Assembly: GCA_041742175.1 (NCBI GenBank)
Contig: JBGSJB010000168.1
Coordinates: forward strand, 1-57,027
Source: Pirellulaceae bacterium
Lineage (GTDB): Bacteria > Planctomycetota > Planctomycetia > Pirellulales > Pirellulaceae
Length of the DNA: 57,027 bases
Direction: 5' to 3'
The position numbers were made by a program, and so were the translations under genes. How positions within the stretch are numbered: the first letter of the stretch is position 1; the number at the start of each line of letters is the position of its first letter. The notes below the pieces were generated by a model, which saw only the letters and a program-made list of their open reading frames with translations, did no database searches and was not told the DNA's origin. This document shows positions 46,031 to 56,992 of this stretch, piece after piece.

Positions 46031-46075
46031 GAACAGGAACGGAGAGCGAACGGTACCGGAACGGAACAAGAACCT
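46031..46075. promoter_or_regulatory. Phased GAAC(GG) direct repeats, putative operator
   Basis: GAACGG at 46037, 46048 and 46059 and GAACCT at 46070 give an exact 11-bp period; extra GAAC at 46031 and 46064. Confidence 0.5.
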
Positions 46076-46195
46076 GGCAGCATCGCCCGATGCTAGGCTC
46101 AACTGTAAAACGGTTGCGTTTGCAAAGTTGTGGCGTAGAAGTTGCTCACTCTTCTGTTTCGATTCGAATGTCCTCCCAACACCACAAGGAACAGC

Positions 46196-46858
46196 ATGCC
46201 GCCTCGCCGCACAACTAGCCGCTCGATGGCTTGCAATGGAAAACTGATTTCACAGTTACGAAAGCGACTCGGTTGGACACAGAACGATTTGGCGCGGAAG
46301 GCGGGGTTTACGGAGCGGTTGATTGTTAAGGCAGAAAGCAGTCAGAACATCGCTGCTTCGACGTTGCATATTATCGCTACCACGCTGACCGAGGCGGGCG
46401 AGCAGGTTTCACCAGCCGATCTAGCAACGGATCCGGCTTCATTGGCGAGAGTGTTTTTTCTGTCGACTTACGAGCATGGACCGCGGACTTTGGATGTGAA
46501 TAGCCACTTCGTATCGCCGGATCTCGTTGTCCATTTCGCAGGAGATGTCGCGGTGTTTCCTTTTGCTGGAACGCACATCGGAATCGAGGCTGCCCGACGC
46601 GCATTCGCGCTCTTCTACAGCGTGATCCAAGCACCAGACGATCCGTCGGAGATGGACCGCATCCAGATTGTCTCGACCGGCCATGGAGCATTGATCTGGG
46701 GCGAAACTTGGGCTCATCCCATCGGCATGCCAATGACGGAGCCGATGAAGTTTGCGATCAAGATGGATTTCGACAAGGGAATGCTTACCGTTTTTGATGA
46801 TCGTTTCGATACCTTGGAAGGCGCGAAGTACTTCGCCGACCTCGTGCAAAACACCTGA
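46196..46858 (+). CDS. XRE-family HTH fused to SnoaL/NTF2-like domain
   Basis: LRKRLGWTQNDLARKAGFTERLIVKAES followed by PDLVVHFAG...PFAGTHIG...DDRFDT. ATG 46196 follows AAGGA. Confidence 0.75.
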   Translation: MPPRRTTSRSMACNGKLISQLRKRLGWTQNDLARKAGFTERLIVKAESSQNIAASTLHIIATTLTEAGEQVSPADLATDPASLARVFFLSTYEHGPRTLDVNSHFVSPDLVVHFAGDVAVFPFAGTHIGIEAARRAFALFYSVIQAPDDPSEMDRIQIVSTGHGALIWGETWAHPIGMPMTEPMKFAIKMDFDKGMLTVFDDRFDTLEGAKYFADLVQNT

Positions 46859-46917
46859 TCAACCACGTTCCATTCACACGAATCTCACTGCTTCGCTGAA
46901 AAGAGTCGGCCTATACG

Positions 46918-47582
46918 ATGCGAAATGTTCCTTCTTCCACCGGACGTTCCATGCCGTGCAATGGGAAGTTGATCGCTCAGTTGCGTAAGCAGTTGGGATG
47001 GACTCAAAACGATCTTGCAAAGAAAGCGGGGTTCACGGAGCGGTTAATTGTAAAGGCGGAAAGTAGTCAAAACATCGCACCTTCAACGTTGCACATCATT
47101 GCCGAAACGTTGCGCGAAGCGGGCATGCACGTTTCCGCTGCTGATATCTCAACGGATCCAGCGGTCCTGGCCAAAGAGTTTATCTTGGCGATGTACAAGC
47201 CGGTCCAAAAGTTATAGAGGCAAACCAGCGCTTTCTGTCGCCAGAACTTGTCGTGCATTTCGCTGGAGACCCCAACGTGTTTCCGTTCGCAGGAACGCAC
47301 GTCGGAATCGAAGCGGCGAAGCGGGCATTTGAAATTTTTTACAGTGTTATTCAACCTCCTGTAGATCACTCCGAGATCGCGAACTTTCAATTTGTATCAA
47401 CAGGTCACGGAGCACTGGTGTGGGGCGAAACTTGGGCTCACCCAATCGGCATGCCGATGCCCGGACCTATTAAGCTGGCCATTAAGATGGACTTCCGCGA
47501 AGGTTTGATGACCGTATTTGATGACCGCTTTGATACTCAGGAGGCAGCCAAACATTTTGCGGACGCTTCATCGCAAGAATGA
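46918..47582 (+). pseudogene. Paralogous XRE-SnoaL regulator split by a 1-nt deletion (or a sequencing error)
   Basis: Two ORFs (46918-47217 and 47253-47582) match the halves of the upstream paralog. The frame break is at 47200-47201 (TAC AAG CC GGT CCA vs TAC GAG CAT GGA CCG). Confidence 0.8.
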
Positions 47583-47634
47583 CATTTGATTGCAGTTGCA
47601 CACTGTTATTTTGTAAAGCACAGCGTTCATCGAG

Positions 47635-48906
47635 TCAGTTGGATTCCGGCAGAATGCTGATCTGCGGCATGGCCAGGTAAACGATCGGCATTTCACCGTC
47701 TTCGGAAGTGAAGTAAGCGATGTGATAGATGCCGCATTTTAATTTACCGCCGCCGGTTGGATCAACTTGTTGCCAACCTTGACCTTCGCGATAGAACTCT
47801 GCCCACACATGGCCACTGCTTCCGTAAAGCCATCCAGCAACTTGGCGGCTGGGCACGCCGGCCGCGCGAGCGAGCGTGACGAAGCAATCTGAGAAATCCC
47901 AACAGTGACCAAACTTTTGTTCAAACACTTTTAGAGTGCCCCAACGAGAGCCCGTTTGGCCGAAGTATTTTAAGTTACTCCCAGGCGTGAGCCATTCGAG
48001 AATTGCGATCACTTTTGCTTCGTTGCTCGACTTGCCAGCGGTAATCTGCTGCGCGAGCGCCTTTACTCTGTGATCATCCGCCGGCCAGAATTCCGTGGCC
48101 GCAGTTAGGTGAACGGCTGGCGTGGAATCGAATTTGCGAAACCCCGTATTGTCGACTTCCGTTTCAATGGTGGCGATAACGTATGGAATTCCTTGACGTT
48201 GGGCGAGTTTATCAAATGAATACTCGATCGTGGTAGCGGTTGTGCGACTTGCTGTTGAAGCAATCGCAGGCGGTTGAAAAGCGTGCGTCGTAGACTTTCC
48301 ATCAATGAAAGGATTTCGGAGAGTTAATTCTTTTCCAAAGGTGAATGTCTTCGAGAGCGATTCGATCTGCTTAACCGCATCTGCGGCACTTGTGTCTTTG
48401 TTGGCGGAGTTCTGGAGGGCAATAAAGTGATTGAATAGCGGGTTGCAGTTCATGTAGTCCGCTTTGGCGACTGTAGCCAACTCAGCGATCACTTGGTAGC
48501 GCAGCGAATTTGGTTTGAGCTTGAATCCAAGTTCGTACGAGGTCTTCAGCGCAAGCGATTCGTCGATGCTGCGGCCGACGTACTCGACTACGAGAGGCCC
48601 TTTCCTCACGACGAAAAACGCAGGCTTGATTTTCACTAGCGAAGCTTCAATGGCGATTGCGTTGGTCTCATCGACTGCAGTGATGCAGTTCACTTGGATG
48701 GTTCGGCCATGCACCCGCACATGCGAGTTTGTCAATCGTTGAATTTTACCGCCCAGCTTTGCAGCTATCGAGCCGGTTTGAGCAGCCGCTACTTCCGTTG
48801 AGCTTTCGACAAATAGACCGGGTGGAAGGTCGCGAAGCAGTGGCTCAGCGACCTGGGCGTTTTGGGTTACGATTAAGAAAAGTAGAGCGACTGGTGCGTA
48901 AGACAT
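47635..48906 (-). CDS. Secreted transglutaminase-like protein with intact Cys-His-Asp triad
   Basis: GHCWDFS, GHVWAE, QVDPT; signal-like N-terminus from ATG 48906. Confidence 0.8.
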   Translation of the reverse strand: MSYAPVALLFLIVTQNAQVAEPLLRDLPPGLFVESSTEVAAAQTGSIAAKLGGKIQRLTNSHVRVHGRTIQVNCITAVDETNAIAIEASLVKIKPAFFVVRKGPLVVEYVGRSIDESLALKTSYELGFKLKPNSLRYQVIAELATVAKADYMNCNPLFNHFIALQNSANKDTSAADAVKQIESLSKTFTFGKELTLRNPFIDGKSTTHAFQPPAIASTASRTTATTIEYSFDKLAQRQGIPYVIATIETEVDNTGFRKFDSTPAVHLTAATEFWPADDHRVKALAQQITAGKSSNEAKVIAILEWLTPGSNLKYFGQTGSRWGTLKVFEQKFGHCWDFSDCFVTLARAAGVPSRQVAGWLYGSSGHVWAEFYREGQGWQQVDPTGGGKLKCGIYHIAYFTSEDGEMPIVYLAMPQISILPESN

Positions 48907-49169
48907 TCGTTCAACCTTCTGTGAGCTTTTCATCGTTTTGCAGAGCGTGACTCGGTGTTCATGGTCCACTGGATTCTAAAGGCTCGTTCATGTGGCAGCA
49001 ACATTTTTGCGATCACGAACGGTGCGTAGCTGAAAAACTCAAGCCAGCGCGATAAGCTGTTGGTCATTTCAAGTGCGGATGACTGCCTTACGACCGCAGT
49101 CGCGACTAGGCGTCAGCGAGCCGCACTTCTCCCGATGAACTAGTTCCACTTTTCCACGAGTGACAACGC

Positions 49170-49529
49170 ATGAATAGCGCTCACGATGACAAGATTGCAA
49201 AGCTGACCTTCGCGTCTGTCTATCCACACTACGTAGTGAAATTGGAGAGGAAGGGCCGAACCAAAGATGAACTGCATCAAGTGATCACGTGGCTTACGGG
49301 TTTCGATGAGCAAGCCATTACCAAGCTTATCGAAAGCAAGGTAACTTTCGAGCAGTTCTTCAAGAAAGCAAAGTTGAATCCGAACGCGAAGCTTATTACA
49401 GGCGTGATCTGCGGCTATCGTGTTGAGGAGATTGAGAATCCGTTAACGCAGCAAGCTCGCTATCTCGATAAGCTCGTCGACGAGTTAGCGAAAGGTCGCA
49501 AGATGGAAAAAATCTTGCGCTCGGAGTGA
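49170..49529 (+). CDS. DUF2200 family protein
   Basis: TFASVYPHYV.K.ERKGRT...WLTG...ITGVICGYRVEEI...RYLDKLVDELAKG. Confidence 0.88.
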   Translation: MNSAHDDKIAKLTFASVYPHYVVKLERKGRTKDELHQVITWLTGFDEQAITKLIESKVTFEQFFKKAKLNPNAKLITGVICGYRVEEIENPLTQQARYLDKLVDELAKGRKMEKILRSE

Positions 49530-49647
49530 AACGCTCGCAGTGCGCATCTTTCGAGCTTGGTGGCGATCTTGCGGCTATCGCTTCCTTGGTTGTCTTCGTT
49601 CAATCGAAGATGGTCGATAGAATGTATCGATCGAAGGAGGCCGAATT

Positions 49648-50145
49648 ATGGAATCAAAATCAACACTCATCATAGCTAATCAACAGTGCGCAGGGCTGGT
49701 CTTTCCGTTGCTCGACGACTTGCAATCCGCAGCGCTCATTTCACCCATCACTGGCTCAGGCAACCACGCTCACTGGATACTCGGCCATTTGGTTTACTCC
49801 GAAGGTCGCTATCGCGACATGATGCAGCGTGTCCCGAATCCATGTCAGTCACTGCACCAGAAGTTTGGCGGTGGTTCTCAGCCGGATCCCAATGGGACGG
49901 AGTACCCGCCATACGATCAGCTTCTTGTGCAGTTGCGTTCGATGGATGAACAGTTCATGCATTGGCTTGAGAGCACTAGCGAAGGGGACCTTGATCAAGC
50001 GATCGAGGGGGTGCCGCCACAGTTCGAACTTTATTTCGGCACTTGGCGACACATGTTCCTGATGAGAGCGATGCACTGGATGCATCATCGCGGACAGCTC
50101 GCCGATTGCCGTCGCGCTGCCGGACGCAAGCCATTGATGATTTAA
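49648..50145 (+). CDS. DinB family protein
   Basis: NHAHWILGHL and HWMHHRGQL His triad; GGAGG RBS. Confidence 0.82.
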   Translation: MESKSTLIIANQQCAGLVFPLLDDLQSAALISPITGSGNHAHWILGHLVYSEGRYRDMMQRVPNPCQSLHQKFGGGSQPDPNGTEYPPYDQLLVQLRSMDEQFMHWLESTSEGDLDQAIEGVPPQFELYFGTWRHMFLMRAMHWMHHRGQLADCRRAAGRKPLMI

Positions 50146-50180
50146 GGTATCGCAGTTCAATGGGCGCGAGACGCGGGACG

Positions 50181-50852
50181 TTAACGCGACGAGGCTTCCG
50201 AAGAAACAAGCGACATCATGTAAAGCATCTCGCTACAGATTTGTGCAGATCGTTCGTCGTATCGCTGCGCCTCGAACTCAGTGTCGTCCGCAACTTTGGG
50301 ATCTTCGTAGCGGATAGGCATGCGAAGATCGCAGCCCATCACCAGCGGGCATGCGTCGTCGGCTTGCGAACAGGTCATCACCGCACAGTAACCCTCGCTT
50401 GGATTCGGTGGATCGGAATACGCCTTCGAAAAGCAGACTTGGGGAGTCGACGAGTCGGACGTGGTGACGCTGTATCGCGGGTTGTTCGCAGCAGGATCGT
50501 CGGCAACGATCTTAAGTCCACATCGTTGCATGGCCGCAACCGCTCGTGGGTTGAAGGCAGTTGCTTCAGTGCCACCTGAGAACGTCTCAACGCCAACCAA
50601 GCCGCAATATTCAGCAGCAACTTGTGCCCAAATCTGGGACAGGTGGCTGCGTCGCGAATTGTGCGTGCAGATGAAAGTCAGCTTGGCTGGCTCCGACTTC
50701 GACAAGCGTTCTCGAATGTAGTTCGCAACCTTGGCAAGTTCCGCTTTGCGATCATCAGGTATCGAGCCCATTTCCGTCGCTCGTGCATCCAAGTACTGAA
50801 GCAGCTCCGGGTAAAGTGAGCTGGTTGATTTCGCGGGTTGTTTTCCAGTCAT
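50181..50852 (-). CDS. LMW protein-tyrosine-phosphatase / arsenate reductase-like protein
   Basis: P-loop FICTHNSRRS; SGGTEATAF; MTCSQAD.ACP; YEDPK; adjacent to arsR-acr3. Confidence 0.82.
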   Translation of the reverse strand: MTGKQPAKSTSSLYPELLQYLDARATEMGSIPDDRKAELAKVANYIRERLSKSEPAKLTFICTHNSRRSHLSQIWAQVAAEYCGLVGVETFSGGTEATAFNPRAVAAMQRCGLKIVADDPAANNPRYSVTTSDSSTPQVCFSKAYSDPPNPSEGYCAVMTCSQADDACPLVMGCDLRMPIRYEDPKVADDTEFEAQRYDERSAQICSEMLYMMSLVSSEASSR

Positions 50853-50968
50853 ACTAGGACTTTCTACTAGCTTTCATAAAGGCTTGATGCGAGATAACGC
50901 GCCCGGACCTATTTACATCTGACGTCCTTAACCCCTAAGCGCTACTGCAAGCAGATGTTTTTAGCATC

Positions 50969-51012
50969 TTGACGTCCGTTAGGGAAGCCGGTAAGCTTGC
51001 ACGCTGACGCAA
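50969..51012 (+). promoter_or_regulatory. Sigma70 promoter TTGACG-N17-TAAGCT with overlapping inverted repeat TTGC-N8-GCAA (putative ArsR operator)
   Basis: -35 at 50969-50974, -10 at 50992-50997, inverted repeat at 50997-51012, directly upstream of arsR. Confidence 0.55.
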
Positions 51013-51018
51013 ATATGC

Positions 51019-51381
51019 ATGAAAAGGCGGTCGACTATGAAACCACAGGAAGCTTCCCAGTGCTGCGGGCCGATTGACGACCTGCTTGACGCTGAACTGT
51101 TCAAAGCGTTGGGAGAGCCGACGCGATTGAAACTGCTCTCGTGCTTGGCAAAGTGTGGACGAGCCTGTTCGGTAACTGAACTGACAGAATGCTGCGCGGT
51201 CGATTTTTCAGTGGTCTCACGGCACTTGGGGGTACTCGAGAAAGCGGGTGTGCTCACAGCGACCAAGCAGGGCCGCACGGTTTACTACGAAGTGCGCTAC
51301 AAGCACCTGACAGAAGCGTTTCGCGGGCTGGCTAAAGCGATTGAAGGATGTCGTCCTAAACGTGGTGCTAAAGCCTCGTAA
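51019..51381 (+). CDS. arsR: ArsR/SmtB family metalloregulator
   Basis: FKALGEPTRLKLL..SVTEL..CC..SVVSRHL..L.KAG...GR.VYY; Cys pairs; upstream of acr3. Confidence 0.85.
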   Translation: MKRRSTMKPQEASQCCGPIDDLLDAELFKALGEPTRLKLLSCLAKCGRACSVTELTECCAVDFSVVSRHLGVLEKAGVLTATKQGRTVYYEVRYKHLTEAFRGLAKAIEGCRPKRGAKAS

Positions 51382-51500
51382 TGAACACTATCACACGACT
51401 CGCGTTAGCGTCCGGATCCCAGTCAAACCATCAAACAATCCCTCACTAGCAACCGCACTCTCACGCGCTGCGGCCGGATGAGCTCAGAAAGAATCGCACC

Positions 51501-52553
51501 ATGGATAAAGCTGAAAAATCAGCGATCAGCTTCTTTGAAAAGAATCTCACCTACTGGGTCGCACTCTGTATGGTGATCGGGGTGCTCATCGGAAAATTCG
51601 TGCCGGCGGTACCAACCTTTTTGGCAAAGTTCGAGTATGCCAACGTGTCCATTCCGATCGCCTTCTTAATTTGGCTGATGATCTACCCAATGATGATGAA
51701 GGTCGATTTCGCCAGCATCAAATATGTCGGCAAGAACCCCAAAGGACTTTACGTTACTTGGATTGTGAACTGGTTGATCAAGCCTTTCACCATGTTCGGC
51801 ATCGCGGCTTTTTTCTTCTATGTAGTCTTCAAGCCCTGGATTTCTCCGGAACTGGCCAAGGACTACCTGGCCGGCGCGGTGTTGCTTGGAGCCGCTCCTT
51901 GCACGGCGATGGTCTTCGTGTGGAGTCATCTAACCCGTGGCAATGCGGCTTACACAGTTGTACAGGTAGCGACCAATGACTTGATCATCTTGATCGCCTT
52001 CACGCCGATCGTCGCTTTCTTACTCGGTATCGGTGGGATCACCATTCCCTGGATGACGCTGATCGTTTCCGTAGTCCTGTTCGTGGTTGTGCCTTTAGTT
52101 GCTGGAGTGCTTACGCGAAATCTGGTGATCCGCTCCAGAGGCGAAGAGTACTTTCAAAACGCTTTCATCCCCAAGTTCAACAACGTCACGATTGCCGGTT
52201 TGTTGCTAACGCTGGTCTTGATCTTTTCGTTCCAAGGCGAGGTGATCATCAGCAATCCCTTGCACATCGTGTTGATCGCCGTTCCGCTGATCATCCAAAC
52301 GGTACTGATCTTCTTCCTGGCTTACGGAGCATGTTATCGACTCCACTGTAGTCACGATATCGCAGCTCCGGCCGGGATGATCGGTGCATCGAACTTCTTC
52401 GAGCTTTCTGTAGCTGTAGCCATCACGCTCTTCGGAGCTTCCTCACCGGTTGTGCTAGCCACGATTGTAGGTGTGCTTGTGGAAGTCCCTGTCATGCTTG
52501 CCCTCGTTGCGTACGCGAATAAAACCCGTGCAAATTTTGCAACGACGCCGTGA
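51501..52553 (+). CDS. acr3: ACR3 family arsenite efflux transporter
   Basis: LIWLMIYPMM, NWLIKPF, GAAPCTAMV, GASNFFEL, GVLVEVPVM. Confidence 0.93.
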   Translation: MDKAEKSAISFFEKNLTYWVALCMVIGVLIGKFVPAVPTFLAKFEYANVSIPIAFLIWLMIYPMMMKVDFASIKYVGKNPKGLYVTWIVNWLIKPFTMFGIAAFFFYVVFKPWISPELAKDYLAGAVLLGAAPCTAMVFVWSHLTRGNAAYTVVQVATNDLIILIAFTPIVAFLLGIGGITIPWMTLIVSVVLFVVVPLVAGVLTRNLVIRSRGEEYFQNAFIPKFNNVTIAGLLLTLVLIFSFQGEVIISNPLHIVLIAVPLIIQTVLIFFLAYGACYRLHCSHDIAAPAGMIGASNFFELSVAVAITLFGASSPVVLATIVGVLVEVPVMLALVAYANKTRANFATTP

Positions 52554-52616
52554 CTTAGTTTTGGTTGCCCTTCGCAGAGTGAAACAGTGGCAGAATGAAA
52601 CCGCGGCAATGGAGTG

Positions 52617-53243
52617 TCAGACAATCGCTCGAACGCAGACTTTGCGGCCTTCGATAGTGACTCGCCCGCGCGCGATCGCATTGATCGTTTCGGGATAGAG
52701 CTGAAATTCGACTTCTGCGACACGTCGTCGCAGCGATTCGGGCGTGTCACAGTCGAGCACTGGGCAAGAACGCTGTGCGATGATCGGTCCGTGATCAAAT
52801 TGGTTGTCGACAAAATGCACAGTGCAGCCGGTCAACTTGGCACCCATCTCAATCACCGATTTGTGAACACGATCGCCGTAAAATCCTTTGCCGCAGAATG
52901 CTGGGATCAGCGACGGATGGATATTCGTCACGCGATTCTCAAAGTCTGATGGAATCTTCAGCAATTCGAGATAGCCGCCCATAACAACCAATTGCACATT
53001 GTGCTTGCGACAGACAGAAAAGATCGCTGCGCTGTGCGTATCGCAATCCGCGAAATCGCGACGTGAGATCACTTCCGTTGGAATTGCCGCTTCCCGCGCG
53101 AAGTCGAGCCCCTTCGCGTCCGCGCGGCTGCTAATAACAATTGCAAAGTCGACCTCCAGATCTCCCATCCGCTGCCACTCGATCAGGTTGCGAAGCGTTG
53201 TGCCGCCACCCGAAATTAGAACTGCGATTCGGAAGTTGGACAT
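52617..53243 (-). CDS. purN: Phosphoribosylglycinamide formyltransferase
   Basis: VLISGGGTTL, NIHPSL, GCTVHFVD..DHGPII. Confidence 0.95.
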   Translation of the reverse strand: MSNFRIAVLISGGGTTLRNLIEWQRMGDLEVDFAIVISSRADAKGLDFAREAAIPTEVISRRDFADCDTHSAAIFSVCRKHNVQLVVMGGYLELLKIPSDFENRVTNIHPSLIPAFCGKGFYGDRVHKSVIEMGAKLTGCTVHFVDNQFDHGPIIAQRSCPVLDCDTPESLRRRVAEVEFQLYPETINAIARGRVTIEGRKVCVRAIV

Positions 53244-53253
53244 TGCGGGCTGC

Positions 53254-56200
53254 CTAAATTACTTCGATGCCTAACTGTAAAACATGCTCGCCGATTTCAA
53301 CCGACTGCATCTCAATTCTTTCCTTTGGTTGCTCGAATGCGATTTCGATCGCCAAAGTCTCGGAAGTAATGTAGTCGATACTCTCTTTAAATGCGACAAC
53401 CAATTCTGCTTCTGAGCAAACTACATAAATGCGGATACGATCCGTAAATTGACACTGCATCTGTTTGCGATTGTCTTGAATCAATCGCACCAAGTCCCGC
53501 GCGTAGCCTTCGCGAATCAACTCCGGTGTCAGGTCGGTCGACAGAACCACAACACACTGCTTGCCTTGCGCCGCAGTCCAACCCGCTTTCGCTTGCAACC
53601 GGACTTGGATGTCCTCATTGTCTAACTGCAACGCAGTGCCATCAACATCCAGCGAGATCCTGCCGGAATTCTGCAGTTCGCCGAGCAACCTCGCGCCATC
53701 AGCGGCGGCGAGTGCGTTCTTCAATTTCGGCAGCAACTTTCCGATACGTGGTCCCAGTCGTTTCAGGTCTGGCAAAATCTTGTATTCGATAAAGGGACTG
53801 TTGCCCGCGTTGTACTCAATTTCCTTGACGTTCAGTTCCTCGCGCACGATTGCGTCATGTTCTCGCAACCAGTCGATGTGCTCGCCGCTCGCCAAACTAA
53901 CTTCGACTCGCGACAGAGGTTGACGCACTTTCAGTTTCGAATCCATACGAGCGCTTCGACCGAGCGAAGCGATTTCGCGCAGCACTTGCATCCGCTGCCC
54001 CAACGGTAAATCGCAGTGCTCTGGCGACGGCGCAGGATAATCGCACAGATGAACGCTCTCGCGCACCCGGCCGCGCACCGGTTCGGTCAGGGTTTTCCAG
54101 ATCGTTTCCGCTAAGAATGGTACGAACGGCGCGATCAACTTTGAAGTCGTCAGCAACACTTCGTACAAAGTCCAATAAGCGTCAGCCTTATCTTGACTCT
54201 CCTGAGCCGTTTCCTTGCCCCAGTACCGATTGCGGCAACGGCGAACGTACCAATTGCTCAGTCCGTCGACGAGCGAATTCAGTTGCTGGCACGCGCCGAA
54301 GCTGTCGTAACGATCCATGCGCTGCACCACATCATCTACGGTTGTCGCCAGTTCGCTGAGGATCCATTGATCGATCTCGCTGCGTTGGCTGATCGGTCGA
54401 TAGGTTTTGGCGCGTGACAGCTCATCGGAATTCAGTTGATCGAGTTCACCAGTGATTTCACCTGGGCCGGCGAATTGATCGATCTCTGCGTAGATACTAA
54501 AGAAGCTGATCACGTTCCAAATTCTCAGCATGAATTCAGGAATGCTGTCGCGAATCGCGCGTTCGCTGTAGATGATCGAATTCCACGGCGCTTGATTTGC
54601 GAAGAAGTACCAACGCAGTGCATCGGCGCCGTACTTGTCAAAGATCTCGTTAGGACTGCGATAGTTCCGCAGGCTCTTCGACATCTTTCCAGTTTTAGAA
54701 ACGTACTCCGCACCGAGCGCTTGTTTGGCTTCTTCCTCCGTCAAGTAACGTTGCTTGCCATCCTGGCTCTCATACCACTCCGCTAACATCAAACCGAGCA
54801 CGATGCAGTTGCGGAAAGGATGCGGAAAGTCGCGTTGTTCGCTAGTCTTATTGCTCGCCGTGCTATTGGAAGTTCTGGCCGAATCGGCATCCGCATCTCC
54901 GACCGGATCGCCGCCAAACAACATCGTGCTAATCGCGAGTTGGCTATAGAACCAACCGCGTGTTTGATCGATCGCTTCGCTGATGAAATCGGCTGGGAAC
55001 TGATCCGCAAATTGGTCTTTGCCTGCGTGAGGGTATCCCCACTGCGCGAACGGCATCGCACCGCTGTCGTACCAGCAATCGATCACTTCGGTCACGCGTT
55101 GCATGCGCGCACCGCTAGCGAATGGCGAATCGTAAGTGACTGCGTCAATGTACGGCTTCTGAACTTTCAAGTCCTCTACCAACTCGGGATTCGCTTTCTT
55201 CGCGTCGGTCCACATTTCAGTGCCCGCGATGCCTGGCTTCTTCAGCAGTTCGTCGTACGATCCGACGGACTCCATTTTCCCGGTCTGTTCGCAAACCCAA
55301 ATTGGCAGCGGCGTGCCCCAGTAACGTTCGCGCGACAGCGCCCAATCCACGTTGCTCGCGAGGAAATTTCCAAAGCGACCATCACGAATGTTCTCTGGCA
55401 TCCAGCCGATCTTGGAGTTGTTCTCCAGCATTTTGTCGCGGAACTGAGTCGTGCGAATGAACCAACTTTCGCGCGGATACTGAATTAGCGGATCCTGCTC
55501 AGCTCGCCAACAGAATGGATAGTCGTGCAAGTACTGATCAAGGAACAGCAGCCGACCGCTTTCCTTCAGTTGCCGAATGATCGCTTTGTCAGCGTCTTTA
55601 ACCCACACGCCTTGATGTTCGGGCACCACCTCCGTGAACTTGCCGTCGGGCCCCACTGCGCACAGCAACTCGATTTTTGCTTCAAAGCGTTTCTGCTCAG
55701 CGATCAGCAACTCGTAGTCGACTTCGCCGAACGCCGGTGCAATGTGGACCAAGCCTGTACCGCTATCGAGCGTCACAAAGTTCGCCGCCACAACTCGCCA
55801 ATAAAGTTTCTGCGACTTGCCAGGTGCATCGATCAGCTTGCCTTGGGTGTCAGACCGCGTGCGACTGTAGTAATCCATCGGTGGCAAGTAGTGCTTGCCG
55901 ACCAGTTCGGCGCCCTTGACCGTCTTCGCAACTGTCCAAGTGCGTTTCGTTTTCTCAGCGAGCTGTTCGACGAGTGCAGCGGCGATGATCAGTTGCTCGT
56001 TGGCTTCTTCATCGACGCAATACGCATAGTCGATGTCGGGATGGACGGCTGCGAACATATTGCTGGGCAACGTCCAGGGCGTGGTGGTCCAGACGACGAG
56101 CGAAGTCTTCGGATCTTCGACTAACGGGAATTTTACAAACACGCTCGGATCAGCGACTTGCCGGTACCCCTGCCCGACTTCGCCTGAAGACAACGCGGTA

Positions 56201-56757
56201 CCGCCCTGAGCCCACCACCAAACGATCTTGTGTCCACGATACAGCAGACCGCGATCAAACAAGTTCTTCAGCGACCACCACACGCTTTCGACGTAGCTTT
56301 GGTGATACGTCACATAAGCTTGACTGAGGTCGATCCAGAAACCGATGCGCTCCGTCAAGCGTTCCCATTCTTGCATGTAGCGCCAAACGCTCTGCTGGCA
56401 TTTTTGGATGAACGGCTCGATGCCGAAGCTTTCGATTTCATCCTTGCCGTGAATGCCGAGTTCTTTGCAGACTTCGACTTCGACCGGCAGACCGTGTGTG
56501 TCCCAACCGGCTTTGCGCTCGCAGCGAAAGCCGCTCATCGTGCGGTAGCGTGGGAACAGATCTTTGATCGCGCGGGTCAAGCAGTGTCCAGGGTGCGGCA
56601 TGCCGTTGGCTGTGGGCGGGCCTTCATAGAAGACGAACGAAGGTGCATCGCAGCGCTGCTGGAGGCTTTTCGCGTAGATTCCGTTGTCTTTCCAGAACTG
56701 TAAAATCTGCTGTTCTTGTTCGGGAAAGCGAATATCAGTGCTAACGGCTTTGAACAT
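53254..56757 (-). CDS. ileS: Isoleucine--tRNA ligase (type 2)
   Basis: [56 protein letters not shown]; long IleRS2-type C-terminus. Confidence 0.95.
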   Translation of the reverse strand: MFKAVSTDIRFPEQEQQILQFWKDNGIYAKSLQQRCDAPSFVFYEGPPTANGMPHPGHCLTRAIKDLFPRYRTMSGFRCERKAGWDTHGLPVEVEVCKELGIHGKDEIESFGIEPFIQKCQQSVWRYMQEWERLTERIGFWIDLSQAYVTYHQSYVESVWWSLKNLFDRGLLYRGHKIVWWWAQGGTALSSGEVGQGYRQVADPSVFVKFPLVEDPKTSLVVWTTTPWTLPSNMFAAVHPDIDYAYCVDEEANEQLIIAAALVEQLAEKTKRTWTVAKTVKGAELVGKHYLPPMDYYSRTRSDTQGKLIDAPGKSQKLYWRVVAANFVTLDSGTGLVHIAPAFGEVDYELLIAEQKRFEAKIELLCAVGPDGKFTEVVPEHQGVWVKDADKAIIRQLKESGRLLFLDQYLHDYPFCWRAEQDPLIQYPRESWFIRTTQFRDKMLENNSKIGWMPENIRDGRFGNFLASNVDWALSRERYWGTPLPIWVCEQTGKMESVGSYDELLKKPGIAGTEMWTDAKKANPELVEDLKVQKPYIDAVTYDSPFASGARMQRVTEVIDCWYDSGAMPFAQWGYPHAGKDQFADQFPADFISEAIDQTRGWFYSQLAISTMLFGGDPVGDADADSARTSNSTASNKTSEQRDFPHPFRNCIVLGLMLAEWYESQDGKQRYLTEEEAKQALGAEYVSKTGKMSKSLRNYRSPNEIFDKYGADALRWYFFANQAPWNSIIYSERAIRDSIPEFMLRIWNVISFFSIYAEIDQFAGPGEITGELDQLNSDELSRAKTYRPISQRSEIDQWILSELATTVDDVVQRMDRYDSFGACQQLNSLVDGLSNWYVRRCRNRYWGKETAQESQDKADAYWTLYEVLLTTSKLIAPFVPFLAETIWKTLTEPVRGRVRESVHLCDYPAPSPEHCDLPLGQRMQVLREIASLGRSARMDSKLKVRQPLSRVEVSLASGEHIDWLREHDAIVREELNVKEIEYNAGNSPFIEYKILPDLKRLGPRIGKLLPKLKNALAAADGARLLGELQNSGRISLDVDGTALQLDNEDIQVRLQAKAGWTAAQGKQCVVVLSTDLTPELIREGYARDLVRLIQDNRKQMQCQFTDRIRIYVVCSEAELVVAFKESIDYITSETLAIEIAFEQPKERIEMQSVEIGEHVLQLGIEVI

Positions 56758-56992
56758 CTTGTTTCTAGCGTCTAAAGTGAGTTGAGGAAGCTCGCTAAGT
56801 TGGGTAGACGATTTTCGCTATAGTTGTCGATGAATCAAAGGGCACCCCGGGCTTTCCTTGTCATCAACTGAGGTTTTTTTTGCCATTCTGATGCCGTAAG
56901 ATGCTCGCTTTGTTCGTTTTGACCTCGCTTGGACGCTGAGGCTCGTTTGGAACTGCACACTAGAGGCTGAGCCTCGAGAGGAATTCTGCAAC

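Noticed and set aside
54820-56703. Long plus-strand ORFs antisense to ileS
   Set aside because: Codon-bias shadows of a conserved housekeeping gene.
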